Assembly (NCBI GenBank): GCA_963745835.1
Contig: CAVUZH010000003.1
Coordinates: 832,001 to 896,000, forward strand
Direction: 5' to 3'
Origin: an uncultured delta proteobacterium
GTDB taxonomy: Bacteria; Desulfobacterota; Binatia; UBA9968
Length of the DNA: 64,000 nucleotides
Positions 22,354 to 33,837 of this stretch are shown here, in pieces. A program made the position numbers and the translations under genes. A model generated the notes under the pieces. The model saw only the letters and a program-made list of their open reading frames with translations. It ran no database searches and was not told the origin of the DNA. Each line of letters opens with the position of its first letter. Within the stretch, counting starts at the first letter, position 1.

Positions 22354-23343
22354 ATGAATGCAGAGCGAATTCTAGTCACCGGAGCATCCGGTTTTACTGG
22401 AGGTCACCTTTGTCGTCGGCTTGCTGAGGCGGGTTACCGTGTTCGAGGTTTGGTCCGAGACCCGGCGCGTTGTGCGACGCTCGTCGATCGAGGTGTGGAA
22501 ATAGTTTCGGGCGATCTTCGGGACGCCGATTCTCTACACAGAGCTGTAAAGGGAATTGACGTCGTATATCATGTAGCCGCTGTTTACCGCCAGGCGAACA
22601 TCTCGAGAAGGGAGATGTGGGAGGTCAACGTCCACGGTACCAAATATCTTCTCGACGCATCCGTGCAAAGCGGCGTCAAACGATTCGTGCATTGTAGCAG
22701 TATGGGCGTACATGGGACGATCAAAAACCCGCCTGGTAATGAGGAGACTCCCTATGGGCCGGGAGACGAGTACCAGGAGTCCAAGGTAGCGGCTGAACGC
22801 CTGGTACGGCAATACATGGACAAAAACCGCATCCAAGCGGTCGTATTCAGGCCTGCGGGAATTTATGGTCCGGGAGATTTGAGGTTTCTCAAACTCTTCA
22901 GGGCGATCAAAAAAGGACGTTTCGTGATGTTGGGATCGGGCCGAGTGAATTATCACATGATCTACATCGACGACCTGATTGAGGGAATTCTCCTCTGTGG
23001 CACGGACGAAAGAAGTGTCGGCGGCATTTACATTTTAGGCAACGAGTTGCCGGTAACATTAAATCAGCTCATAAAGGTGATTGCGGCCACACTGGGCGTT
23101 CGACGTTCCAGACTGCGTTTCCCTGTAGCGCCGGTTTATATCGCCGGTATTCTGTGTGAGCTGGTCTGTAAGCCTTTAGGCATTAACCCTCCTTTGTACC
23201 GACGGCGAGTCGATTTTTTCAGAAAGAATCGAGCTTTCGACGTCTCCAAGGCGAAAAAGGAGCTAGGTTTTCGAGCCAAGACCAACCTTGAAACGGGAAT
23301 TGCATTAACTGCGGGTTGGTATCAAGCAGAAGGCCTGCTCTGA
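22354..23343 (+). CDS. NAD-dependent epimerase/dehydratase (extended SDR)
   Basis: VTGASGFTGG, YQESK, RPAGIYGPGD, DVSKAKKELGF. Confidence 0.9.
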   Translation: MNAERILVTGASGFTGGHLCRRLAEAGYRVRGLVRDPARCATLVDRGVEIVSGDLRDADSLHRAVKGIDVVYHVAAVYRQANISRREMWEVNVHGTKYLLDASVQSGVKRFVHCSSMGVHGTIKNPPGNEETPYGPGDEYQESKVAAERLVRQYMDKNRIQAVVFRPAGIYGPGDLRFLKLFRAIKKGRFVMLGSGRVNYHMIYIDDLIEGILLCGTDERSVGGIYILGNELPVTLNQLIKVIAATLGVRRSRLRFPVAPVYIAGILCELVCKPLGINPPLYRRRVDFFRKNRAFDVSKAKKELGFRAKTNLETGIALTAGWYQAEGLL

Positions 23344-23376
23344 CTCTGATCAACATTTTCAGAGTTCCCACCACCG

Positions 23377-24935
23377 ATGCGTGCAATCATTTCTCTGCCC
23401 ACAGCAGTCTTAACAGTTGCGTTCTTGTCATGGAGTCATGTGTCGTTCTCTGATTACGCCCCACCGGTGCATGGGATACGGAAAAGAAGCAACAATCGGC
23501 TGAATGTAGATCCGGCGCGGCGATTATAAGCGTAAGATCGACTTAGTTTATCGTCCGATTGAAGGAGAGCACATAAAGACACCGCTGAATCAACGGACGC
23601 CGACACCGCCAGGTTGGGAAGCATATGATGGCTCAGTTTATACGCCCGAGCGCGGCTACGGTTGGTTAACAAACCTCCTTGGAGAGGGAAGAGATCGTGG
23701 CACTCGAGGAATCGTCGTACTCACCGACGGAAGAAGAACCTCGCCGGAGAAACTACGAAGACCGGAGCTGGCAAATTTTCAGGGACGTCACGGAGAAAAT
23801 CGTCTCCTAGTTTTCCGCATAGATTTGCCGGATGGCTGGTACCGTGTTTCCTGTGCCTCGGTTGATCCATCTTCGTCAAGCGGCAAACCGCTGGTCGATC
23901 GTCGCAGTTTCAAATGCCGGGCCCATGATGCGGTCTTTGCCGGCGCGAAATACGGCGCGCCGACGGTGGTAGGTGGACGACAGCTGGTGGAAGGCTCAGG
24001 CATCGTCGAGGTGACTGACGGTCACCTTCGCGTTGTTGTAGGAGATCCCTCGTATCCTGGCTGGACCTGGAGCCATGCGGGCCGGTGGTATGCGGATTTA
24101 CAGCATTGGTGGAGACTTGAATATGGTTACGCCAATAACTTGCTTCAAAGGCTTACTCGTACCGTCGACCCCGGCTTCCACACTTTAGGTTTAAACTCTC
24201 TGGAAGTGGAGCGTGTCCGTGCGCCACTAGGCCGGCCGGCTGTGGTGTTTTTCGATTTCTTCAACCGGGACGATAGTTCCGACGTGAATGCCGGCGTCGC
24301 TACAACCAGACATTGGCTCTCTGCCAAACCACATCCACGCTTTCCTGATGCGCTTCGCGCTGATTTGGAAAACACGGCTATCAAAGTTACCGGTCCAAAC
24401 CAGGGACTCAATGTGAAAACATTGTTGCAGTCACAGGTAAGCCCGGGACGAGGGATCATCCGTTATTCAACTCGTGTGAGTCTATTTACCGGAGAAGGAA
24501 GTCAAGTCCGTTCCGGAACTCAAGAGGCGGGCATTGTCTTATTGGCAGATCCTTCGGAACCGAGCGAGTTCAATTCCACATTTATCGGCGTCCGGTTCGA
24601 TAGCAGCCGGTCGGAGACGATGGGTTGGCTAGTCTATCGGGTGGGCAACGGCCGCGACGGATTCCGCACGCAAACCGAGGTTGCCGATACCGCTCTACCT
24701 TTCAAGATAATCGAGGGAGAGTATGAAATTATCGTCGAACATGATCTGGCAAAGAACGTCGTTGACACGAGTTAAGGTCAATGGCGTCGATGTTGCCGAT
24801 CGATGGTCTCTTCAGGATCGGCGCCAGAAAGTTTCGCGCGGACGATTCGGCGTCCGTAGCGCAATTCATAACACCAATCCACGTGTGAATCTGCAACAAT
24901 TCTACTGGTACTATCGTGTGGAGCAGCTAGCTTAA
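23377..24935 (+). CDS. Secreted beta-sandwich protein, possibly carbohydrate-binding; frameshifts near 23520 and 24765
   Basis: Signal-like MRAIISLPTAVLTVAFLSWSHVSFS. The frame upstream of ORF 23825 reads GWEAYDGSVYTPERGYGW...FRIDLPDGWYRV...VEVTDGHLRV. Confidence 0.65.
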
Positions 24936-24947
24936 GAATCACCGACA

Positions 24948-26739
24948 ATGAAAATTTTGGGAATTGCCGACGGACTGAACTCCGGCGCCGCGTTGATCGA
25001 GAACGGACAAGTCCTATATGCGGTTAATGAAGAGCGTCTGATCCGGGCAAAAATGGCCACCGGATTTCCCAGAGAATCGATCTGTAAGGTTCTTGAGGAT
25101 ACCCATACTAGGCCGGAGGACATCGACGTCATCGCCGTCGCCATGGTGAATGATTACTTCAGAGAAAAAGCCGTGCCGTTCGAGGGATGGTTTGTACGCG
25201 ACCAGGCGCCGCTGAAAGAGACGCTGCTCAGCGCTTCATCGCATATCACCAAGTTGTTTGGGGCAAGACCGATCCTGCAGAAGTCGTACTATGGGCTCAA
25301 GTATCAAATCGGCAAGGCGCGCCGGAAGGCGATTAAGGACATACTGGCGCGCGATTGGGGCCTCAACTGCTCCCGTCAAGTTTATCGATCACCATTTCGC
25401 CCATGCTTGTTCGGCATATTTCACGGCCGGATTGGATGAGGCGACGGTCATTACGATGGACGGGGCCGGCGACAATTCATCATCGCACGTCTATCAAGTT
25501 AAAAATGGCCATTTCCGAAAATTGTGGAACGTCGACAGCTTCAATTCGATCGGCAACTACTACGGTTACATCACTCATATTTGCGGATTCAAAGCCCACA
25601 AACACGAAGGAAAAATTACCGGATTGGCGGCGTACGGCGAACCCGTTTATGCCGAAATTCTAAAACGATTCATTGCCTATCAGGACGGCAGCATCGTCAA
25701 CCAAGGCCAGGTTTTTTACTGGGCGGCGGTGCAAGCGATCGAGCGAGCTCTGCCGCCGTCGTTCAAGCGCGAAGACCTGGCAGCGAGCATGCAGCAGGTG
25801 CTCGAGGATGTAGGCTGCGCCTATATTCGGCACTGGACGGAAAAAACCGGATGCGCTGATTTGGCGCTTGCGGGAGGAGTCTTTGCGAACGTCAAGCTCA
25901 ACCAGCGCATCCACGAATTGAACGAGGTCCGCTCGTTGTTTATTCATCCCGGCATGGGTGATGAAGGATTGGCCGTGGGTGCGGCCTTCGCGGTCAACGC
26001 TGCACTCGACGAAGGCCCCGGCAATGGAGTTGCGGCGTCGCGACTGGCGGACGTGTACTTCGGTCCCAGCTTTGGCGACAGGGAAATAGAGTCCGCCATC
26101 TCCGAACAGGGGCTGCAGGCCGAATACGTTCCGGACATCGAGCAAAGGATTGCGGAACTTCTGGCCCAAGGACAGGTGGTGGCGAACTTCGATGGGCGTA
26201 TGGAATACGGTCCAAGGGCGCTCGGCAATAGATCGATCCTCTACCAGACGACCGACCGCAGTGTTAATGATTGGCTCAACAAGCGGCTCAAGCGGACGGA
26301 ATTCATGCCGTTTGCGCCTGTGACTTTGGCCGAGTTTGCCGATCAGTGCTATGAGAATCTGGACGGCGCCAGGTACTCGTCGCAGTTCATGACTATTACG
26401 CTTAACTGCACGGACTGGATGAGGAAGCACAGTCCGGCCGTCGTTCATGTGGATGGCACGGCCCGGCCACAGCTCATCGAAAAGGCCAGCAACCCACGCT
26501 ATCACAAGATTCTGCATGAATATTTTAAGCTGACGGGCCTTCCCAGCCTGATCAACACGAGTTTCAACCTGCATGAGGAGCCAATCGTCTGCAGTCCGTC
26601 GGATGCTCTGCGCGCGTTCCAGGACGGCGGGCTGAATTATTTGGCGCTCGGCAACTATCTGCTCAAGCATCCCCGGCTCTCGACTTATAACGGTTGTGAG
26701 AAGAAGCGCTCACTGGCCGAAGGTAACCATGCTGGTTAA
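24948..26739 (+). CDS. Carbamoyltransferase (NodU/CmcH/TobZ family), frameshift near 25370
   Basis: NEERL.R.K, HHFAHA, MDGAGD, EGKITGLAAYG, AGGVFANVKLN, EYGPRALGNRSIL, HVDGTARPQ, NTSFNLHEEPIV. Confidence 0.93.
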
Positions 26740-27727
26740 AAGAGCTAAAACATCGGCGTTTTTTTATTTGCGACTAGCATTTGGCGCACTTCTACTTTTG
26801 TTTTTATTCAGGCTGGTCGAGTTTGATCGTTTAGCTTTGACCTTATCAACGGTCAAACCCCAGCTTCTCGTTGCCGCCTTTCTAGCGATGCTCCTCAACT
26901 ATGGCGTGAAAACCTATCGATGGGCATCGATACTGCGGTTCCAACGGCCGGATCTCTCATTCGGTCAGGTGGCTCGTTTTAATTTCGTCAGCGTTTTCCT
27001 CGGCAATTTTTTGCCCAGCAACTTGTCATCGGACATCGTCAGGATCTATTACATCTCCCGTCACACCGCTGCCCCGGGAGTCGCCATTTCGTCGATCTTT
27101 GCCGACCGAATTATCGGAAACTTTGCCGTTGCTCTTGCCACGGTGGCTGCTTTTCTGGCGCTTCGACAGAGCGGCGTCTTCCAAATCGGCTTGGTGCTTT
27201 CCTACGGCATCGTTGCATTTTTGTTGTTGAGCATTGCGGTTCCCCTGATGTTGCAACGTCCGTTAATCATGAACTTGACAAAAAACTTAGTGGAACGGTT
27301 CACCAGCCAAAAACTGTTCACAAAACTCCAGGATACCTCACGACACCTGTTTCTCTACAGGAACCAAACGGCGCTGGTGTCCCAAGTGCTGGGGCTGGCA
27401 TTCTTAAACGTGATTATCACGATTTTTGAATTCTACTTCATCGCTCAAAGTTTCTCGGCGCAGATTTCGATCGGGTACTTTTTTTTATTTATCCCGCTGC
27501 TGATCTATCTTTCCATGCTTCCGGTTTCTGTAGGTGGCATTGGCTTGATTGAAGCCGGCTTGGTACTTTTCTTTTCAACAGTCGGCATGCCGCTGGAAAC
27601 ATGCCTCAGCACCGCTCTCGCGTTCAGAGTCTTGCAACTCGGGTGTGCTTTGCCGGGAGCGATGATCTACTTGCTTGGTGATCTTTCTTCCCCGAAGTAT
27701 CGGCAAGATGCTGAAAGTTTGCAGTAG
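26729..27727 (+). CDS. Second UPF0104/LPG-synthase-TM flippase-like membrane protein
   Basis: KTYRW..IL, GNFLPSNLSSDIVR, DRIIG, LPVSVGGIGLIE. Confidence 0.88.
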   Translation: MLVKRAKTSAFFYLRLAFGALLLLFLFRLVEFDRLALTLSTVKPQLLVAAFLAMLLNYGVKTYRWASILRFQRPDLSFGQVARFNFVSVFLGNFLPSNLSSDIVRIYYISRHTAAPGVAISSIFADRIIGNFAVALATVAAFLALRQSGVFQIGLVLSYGIVAFLLLSIAVPLMLQRPLIMNLTKNLVERFTSQKLFTKLQDTSRHLFLYRNQTALVSQVLGLAFLNVIITIFEFYFIAQSFSAQISIGYFFLFIPLLIYLSMLPVSVGGIGLIEAGLVLFFSTVGMPLETCLSTALAFRVLQLGCALPGAMIYLLGDLSSPKYRQDAESLQ

Positions 27728-28931
27728 ATCGAGCTTGAACTCCCAGCGAAGAAAATTGCTCTACTTAGCCGTCTGTGATCCGGATTTGCCGGTTACAGGA
27801 GCGACGGTGCGAATGGGAGCGTTTGTTTCGCACCTAGCGCAATTCTATGATGTTACTCTGATAAACATGGCGGGCTCCGGCCATCAAGTGGACCGTCAAA
27901 TTGAACAGCGCTTTCAGGATCGGCATAACCGCTTGGGTGTTATCCGGCGCGCCCGAGTTGAATTCTCCCAAGCCGGCTACTTTCTTTTCAGTCCGACCCT
28001 CTATAGGACGGCCGATAAGTTTCTGAAAAAAGAACGGTTTGACTACCTGCTGGCGGATTATGGGCTGGCAGGGGCTTACGGAATGCGGCTAGCGCGGCGT
28101 CATCGCATCCCACTGATCTACAGCTCTCATAACGTTGAGTATCGGATGTATCTTGAGCTGAGCAAACACGATCCGCGCCGGGAAGTGCTGGCGCCGTACA
28201 TCTACTGGGCGGAGCGCGCCGCCTGCCGCGCGGCGAAATTAGTCGTCACTATTTCAGAAAACGATCGCAACCAATACTCTAGGTGGATTTCGCACGAACG
28301 GATCGAAGTAATCCCGCAAGGTTTCGACCCCAAGTCGGCGAATTCCTCTTATGTTGCTCCCGCCGAAGCGCCGCCGGTGATCTTGTTTGTCGGAAACTTT
28401 CGAAGTGAAAACAATCGAATCGCCGCGCGACGCATAGTAAGGGAAATCGCGCCCGCAGTTCTGCAGGCGCGAAACGACGCGAAATTCCAGTTGATCGGCG
28501 CCGATCCGCCGGTCGACCTGCGAGGACCGAATGTTGATTGCTTGGGGTTCGTGGATGATCTCGGGCCTTATCTTAAGCGGGCCAATCTGGTGCTTGCGCC
28601 AATGGCCTTTGCTCATGGCATGGCCACGAAAATCGTCACGGCAATGGCATTTGGCAAAACGATTCTAGCCACCCCTGAAGGGGCGGGGGCGATTTCGCGC
28701 AAGTACCGCCAACTCGTGGTGGCGCCGCTCGAAGCCTTTCCGGCCAGAATCGTCGAGCTGCTGGCAACCCGGCCGGCGATTGATCGCGGGCAATTCACCG
28801 CGCTCTGTGAAGAGTTTTCTTGGTCCAGTTTGATTGCCCGTCTGCACCGCAGAATCGAAGAATGCTGTGTCTTACCGGCTGCCGGGGAAGCTGTGAAAGC
28901 GAAGGTTTGCGGAGGAACGCCATGGCAATGA
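27708..28931 (+). CDS. GT4 glycosyltransferase
   Basis: SSHNVEY, ILFVGNF...N, GFVDDL, GMATKIVTAMAFGK..LAT..GA. Confidence 0.85.
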   Translation: MLKVCSRSSLNSQRRKLLYLAVCDPDLPVTGATVRMGAFVSHLAQFYDVTLINMAGSGHQVDRQIEQRFQDRHNRLGVIRRARVEFSQAGYFLFSPTLYRTADKFLKKERFDYLLADYGLAGAYGMRLARRHRIPLIYSSHNVEYRMYLELSKHDPRREVLAPYIYWAERAACRAAKLVVTISENDRNQYSRWISHERIEVIPQGFDPKSANSSYVAPAEAPPVILFVGNFRSENNRIAARRIVREIAPAVLQARNDAKFQLIGADPPVDLRGPNVDCLGFVDDLGPYLKRANLVLAPMAFAHGMATKIVTAMAFGKTILATPEGAGAISRKYRQLVVAPLEAFPARIVELLATRPAIDRGQFTALCEEFSWSSLIARLHRRIEECCVLPAAGEAVKAKVCGGTPWQ

Positions 28932-30100
28932 CACTCCGAGAGGTCGCCGGAGAAATACCTTCGGTCTTTCGAGACTTATACGAAAATCACCTCACTAAAC
29001 ATTTCAAGGTGATCGCTCCGACGGTGCTGCACGTTAATGTGAACCTGCGCTGTAACACACAATGCGCCATGTGCAACATATGGGAGATCAAATCGCCGCA
29101 TAGCTTGAGCCTTGCGCAGTTCGAAACGATTTTTTCCGATCCCATTTACGCCCGCATCGAATACGTCATTCTGGCCGGCGGCGAGCCCACCCTGCGCGAT
29201 GATCTGCCCGAGATCGTCGAGCTGATGCACCGGCACATGCCGCGGCTGAAGAAACTCATGATTCCCTCGAACGTAATCAACCGCCAAAGCGTCAAGCGGC
29301 AATACCCGAGGATGGCCCGTTATTGCGCGGCTCATAAGATTCGCCTGACGTTGGCCGTATCGTTGGACGGCATCGGTGAAACGCACGACAAAATCCGCGG
29401 CGTAAAAAAAGCTTATGATAAGGTGATGCAGAGTATTGCGTTCTTGAAAGAACTACAAAAACAAACGCCCTTCAACCTGAGTCTCGATCCAACGATTTTT
29501 TCGATGAACGTGCATGAGATGCAAGACCTCAAGAATTTGGCGGAACGGCTCAATCTGCCGATCACGTTTCAGATCGCTGCGACGGCGGATGAGTACTATC
29601 ATAACGCCGATATGGATCAGGTGCTGAGCGTCAATAACGAAGGCCGCATGACGATGGTGAACTTTTTAAAACAGCAGGTGGCGCAATCGTCGCTGTTCGA
29701 TGCTTTGGCCTATTACTATGCAGAAGTTGTGGAAAACCTGCAGGGAGCGCCGACGCGGGGCCTGCCGTGCCCATTTACTGATCAAGGGCTGTTACTGAAT
29801 CCCGACGCGTCTTTGCAGTACTGCCACAACAGTCGGCCGATCGGCAACGCGTTAGCCACGGCTTCGACGGCTCTCTACCACGCGCCCGAAAACATTGCTT
29901 ATCGCGCTACCGTGCGCAAAGAGATTTGTCCCACCTGTCGCATGTCTTGCATGTTTTTCGTTAGCTTGCGCAAGGAAGGATTCTCCTTCCTTGCTTTCAT
30001 CGCAAAGCGGCTTTTCGGTGTCCACCGTTTGCATTGGCGCCGGGTAGGATCGGCCAAGGCAGCAATAGCAATCGGCAGGAGAAATGAAGCTACCCCATGA
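28928..30100 (+). CDS. Radical SAM protein with SPASM/Twitch-like C-terminus
   Basis: CNTQCAMC, GGEPTLR, SLDG...HD.IRG; CPF...YC...CPTCRMSC; ATGA overlap with the upstream GT4. Confidence 0.9.
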   Translation: MTLREVAGEIPSVFRDLYENHLTKHFKVIAPTVLHVNVNLRCNTQCAMCNIWEIKSPHSLSLAQFETIFSDPIYARIEYVILAGGEPTLRDDLPEIVELMHRHMPRLKKLMIPSNVINRQSVKRQYPRMARYCAAHKIRLTLAVSLDGIGETHDKIRGVKKAYDKVMQSIAFLKELQKQTPFNLSLDPTIFSMNVHEMQDLKNLAERLNLPITFQIAATADEYYHNADMDQVLSVNNEGRMTMVNFLKQQVAQSSLFDALAYYYAEVVENLQGAPTRGLPCPFTDQGLLLNPDASLQYCHNSRPIGNALATASTALYHAPENIAYRATVRKEICPTCRMSCMFFVSLRKEGFSFLAFIAKRLFGVHRLHWRRVGSAKAAIAIGRRNEATP

Positions 30101-31470
30101 GTCTTGCTCCGACTCTTCGGATCTTCGGCAGAAACGTCGTACAGAACGGCGACGTTACGTTCTCATCATCTGCTACGACTTTCCCGAGATATCCGGCGCG
30201 GGAGTTATCCGAACCTATCAATTCGCCAAACTGCTGCCGGAATTTGGCTGGCACCCGGTTATTCTTACGGCGCAACCGTGCGGTATTCGAAGGTGGGAAG
30301 TTTCAGATGATATAGAGTTTTCCGACGGCGAATTGCCGTGCCCGAAGATCACCGCGACAGCGTGGAGATTTCCTCCGCCATATCTGATCCGTCGAGCGGC
30401 GCGAGAATTTCAAGATAAGCCGCCCTCCAACAAACCTAGCCTTTTCAGAAGTCGAGTCCAGCGGTTTGCATCGCAGTTGGCGGTGCCGGACGGAAAGATC
30501 GGCTGGCTGAATCCCGCTGTTAAACGGGGAGCGCAGATCGCCCGTCGACTATCCCTACCAAGCGTGTTTTTCAGTTTCGCCGCGGCCAACTGCGCATCTG
30601 GTGGCGTATCGTCTCGCGCGCCGCTTCAATATCCCCTGGGTGGCGGACTTCGCGCTGCCATGGAGCGACGCTTACTGGCTGGTAGGGCGACCGCGCATGA
30701 TCGAGCAGCTCGACCGCAAACTGGAAGGATTGATTGTTCGGTCCGCACAACACATTACCGTTGCCTATGCCGAGCTGGCGCGCAGCCTTTTGAGCCGTCA
30801 CGGCGGCGCCTTAGAAAAGAAGATCACGGTCATTCCGACGGGATTTCAGGAAGAGCTTTTTACCGGACAGACCCAAGTGGCCGCCAAATTTACGGTGGTT
30901 TATCCTGGAAACCATTTTTGCGAGCCCGGCCGCCACGGCGAATATTTTTTGCGAGCGATCGATAATTGGATCGCGAGCGATCCATCGCTGGCGCGAAAGG
31001 TCGAGTTTCTCTTCATCGGCAAGCGCGACGATGACCTGTTACGGCAACGAGCGGCGATGGCCCATCCAAAAGTCGTCCGGATCGAGCCGCTTGTTTCTCA
31101 CCGCGCGTGCATTCAGGCGATCCGGTCGTCGCACGCATGTCTTGTGAACACAGTCGGTAACCGCATTCCTGCAAAAGTCTATGAGTGCATGAGGGCAGGG
31201 AAATGGATCCTCGCATTGACCGAGCCAGCTTCAGATTTGGCAACGCTTATCCGTGACTACCCCAAAGGACTTTCGGTTCCGCCCCAAGACTTGTGTGGCA
31301 TCCGGCATGCGCTGCAAAGCATCTTGCAACAAAGCGCTTCAAATCAGTCTGAATCAATGGGAGTGGAGCCAATCGTGGACAGATATTCTTCCAGCCATAG
31401 CGCAGAGAGACTTTGTCATATTTTCAAAAGGCTATTAGCCACATCTTCGCAGGCACGGTCGAATTTCTGA
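30084..31470 (+). CDS. GT4-like glycosyltransferase, frameshift near 30545
   Basis: LIICYDFP...GVIR...FAKLLPEFGW.PVILT, PDGKIGW, PWVADF..PW, IPAKVYECM..GK.ILAL. Confidence 0.82.
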
Positions 31471-31497
31471 ACGCAAGCGACACACGATAAGTAGCCG

Positions 31498-33600
31498 ATG
31501 TTGGTAGTCCTGCCGGTACTCTGCTTTGCTATTTTCTTTCTGACGTACGCGGCCCGTTCCGGCGAGCCCGGGCCTCTGACGCGCTGGCGTACGTCTTTTC
31601 TGTCGGCCGCTGTCACGTGGGGACTCGCGGTAACTGCCAGCACAGAGATGTTGAGTCTGTTCCAATTGATAACCTTCGGAGTGGATTGCGAGCTTTTGGA
31701 TTGGACTCTTTGTGTTGGCGGCTATCCTCTGTTGGTCAGTAAGCACCAGAGACAAGGCCCGATCTCTTTTTCAGTTTCCTCGCCATTCCCGGCTTTGATC
31801 TATGGTGTCTCGGTGGTGTCGCAAGCATCACTGTCGTAGCGGGTTTGGTGGCATACGTTGCGCCACCAAACAATGCCGACTCGATCTTCTACCATATGGC
31901 CCGTGTGGTGCATTGGATCCAGAATCAAACTGTTGCCCATTATCCGACGAACATCCCCTACCAGCTCGTTCTTCCCCCTTGGTCTGGGTTTGCGATTATG
32001 CACTTCCACATCTTACATGGTGGTGACCAGTGGGCCAACTTCGTCCAGTGGTTTAGCATGATCGGTAGCATTATTGGTGTCTCGTTACTTGCCAAGGAAT
32101 TGGGGGCCGAAAGAGAGGCCAGGTGCTTGCTGCGGTCATAGCTGCAACCATTCCGATGGGCATCCTCCAGGCATCAAGCACTCAAAACGATTATGTCACG
32201 GCATTCTGGTTGGTTTGTTTAATGTACTATATCTTGCCGCTTCCAAACAGAACCAAGCTTCGCCAGTGCCGTCGGAGTTGGTGCCAGCCTCGGATTGGCA
32301 CTATTGACCAAAGCCCACTGCTTATATGTACGCAGTTCCTCTCATGATCTGGTTTACTGTTTCGGGGCTTGGTGGGCTTGCGCTGGAAGAGCTGGAAAAC
32401 CTGGCAGATGTTCGTCTTAATAGCGGGTGACTCGCGCTGAGGCATTAATATCGGGCCATTATGCTCGTAATTTTGACCTCTGGGGAAATCCCCTCGGTAT
32501 CGAGCAAGGGGATCCCCATCCCAACAAGCGTCTCTTGGCGTCGCGGTAATCGTCTCAAACGTCCATCCGCAGTATGAGTCTCCATATTGGCACCCGCAGT
32601 TTGCAGCTCAATGAAGTGATTCGTGACGAGAATTCAATCGCTTCACAGAGCTATTGGTATTGATGTGAACGATCGCGCGGACCACATTCAGTCGGTGAGT
32701 TTTCACCAAAACTGGTTTTCAATCACGAGGATAGGGCCGGTAATCCTATCCATCTTATGATCATCATCGGATCGCTTACGCTTCTTTTTGCATCAACGGA
32801 GCCACGGCGATCACAAGCATCTGCCTTGTGCCATATGCAATCGTCCTAATCAGTGGCTTTTCTCATTTATTGTCTGTCGGCTCTTAAATGGGAAGTCTGG
32901 CAAAGCCGATCACCATCTCCCGCTTTTTGTTCTTTGTTCCCGTTTATTTCTTCTGTTCTCCTTAGGAAATCAAACTCATTTTGTCAATATGGTTAGTCGC
33001 TACTATCTTAGCAGTCTGCGTCAATACTGTACATGTCTCGATATGCATTGTCCTTGCAATAGCCTTACTCATTCTCTCTTTATATTTTAAGTGGCAAAGT
33101 CTGGTCGCAACCAGAGCCATCTCATCAGTTTCTATGGTTGCTGGCATTTTTACTGGCTGCGTTCAACATTTTATGTTTTCCGCAACCAAACTAGGCCTCT
33201 CGTAGGGACTGACGGATAACAAAACGATACTCAACACGAATAGAATTGACCAGCTGTTTATATTCTAGTCATATCGGGAACTCCGGGACCGCTTATTATA
33301 ACGTCGCACACTTTATAACTAGCCAGAACTGCAGCTGACGTGGGGCTCATTACCGGTAGCTGGGGTCGGGAGTACCTCTTTTGGGTTCTCTTGGAAGAAA
33401 CGACAGCGAAGCAAAGATCCGCATGGAGCATGTTAATGTTACAGAACATTTCTGAGCCTCAAATCTGAGGTACTAACCGTTTAGCTGACTTTTCTCCCTG
33501 CGCGATTATAGTTGTTGACACGGATGAGTATACATCACCGACAGCCTAGTGAACATGTCGTATATCGAAGGCATGGTCATCAGGCCCTGTGCGGATCTAC
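31498..33600 (+). pseudogene. Heavily fragmented GT-C (GT39-like) membrane glycosyltransferase (end approximate)
   Basis: Fragments PPNNADSIFYHMARVVHWIQN, WANFVQW, PMGILQASSTQNDY, LTK, NHEDRAGNPIH, WGREYLFWVLL lie in many frames with stops. Confidence 0.6.
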
Positions 33601-33837
33601 AAAACACGTACCACTTTGAGAGTGAAAGCGTGTTGGTGCCGAAGGTCTGCGCTCTCAGCAGGTTAGCAGAGATGATCAGCTTAGGGTGCCGTGCCTCATA
33701 TGCGGCTTCGGACGACTCATGGCTGAAAACAAATGAAAATGCGCTCTGACAACGACAAAATCCTCCTCGGATCAATGCGGCCGTACTCCTGTGTGTAGGC
33801 ATCAGGCTGGCTCTTATACATCGCTATTGGTCATCGA

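Noticed and set aside
25660-26670. Long antisense and overlapping ORFs (for example 25660-26670, 1156-1884, 36900-37451, 51919-52569)
   Set aside because: They are shadows of motif-rich genes on the opposite strand and have no recognisable motifs of their own.
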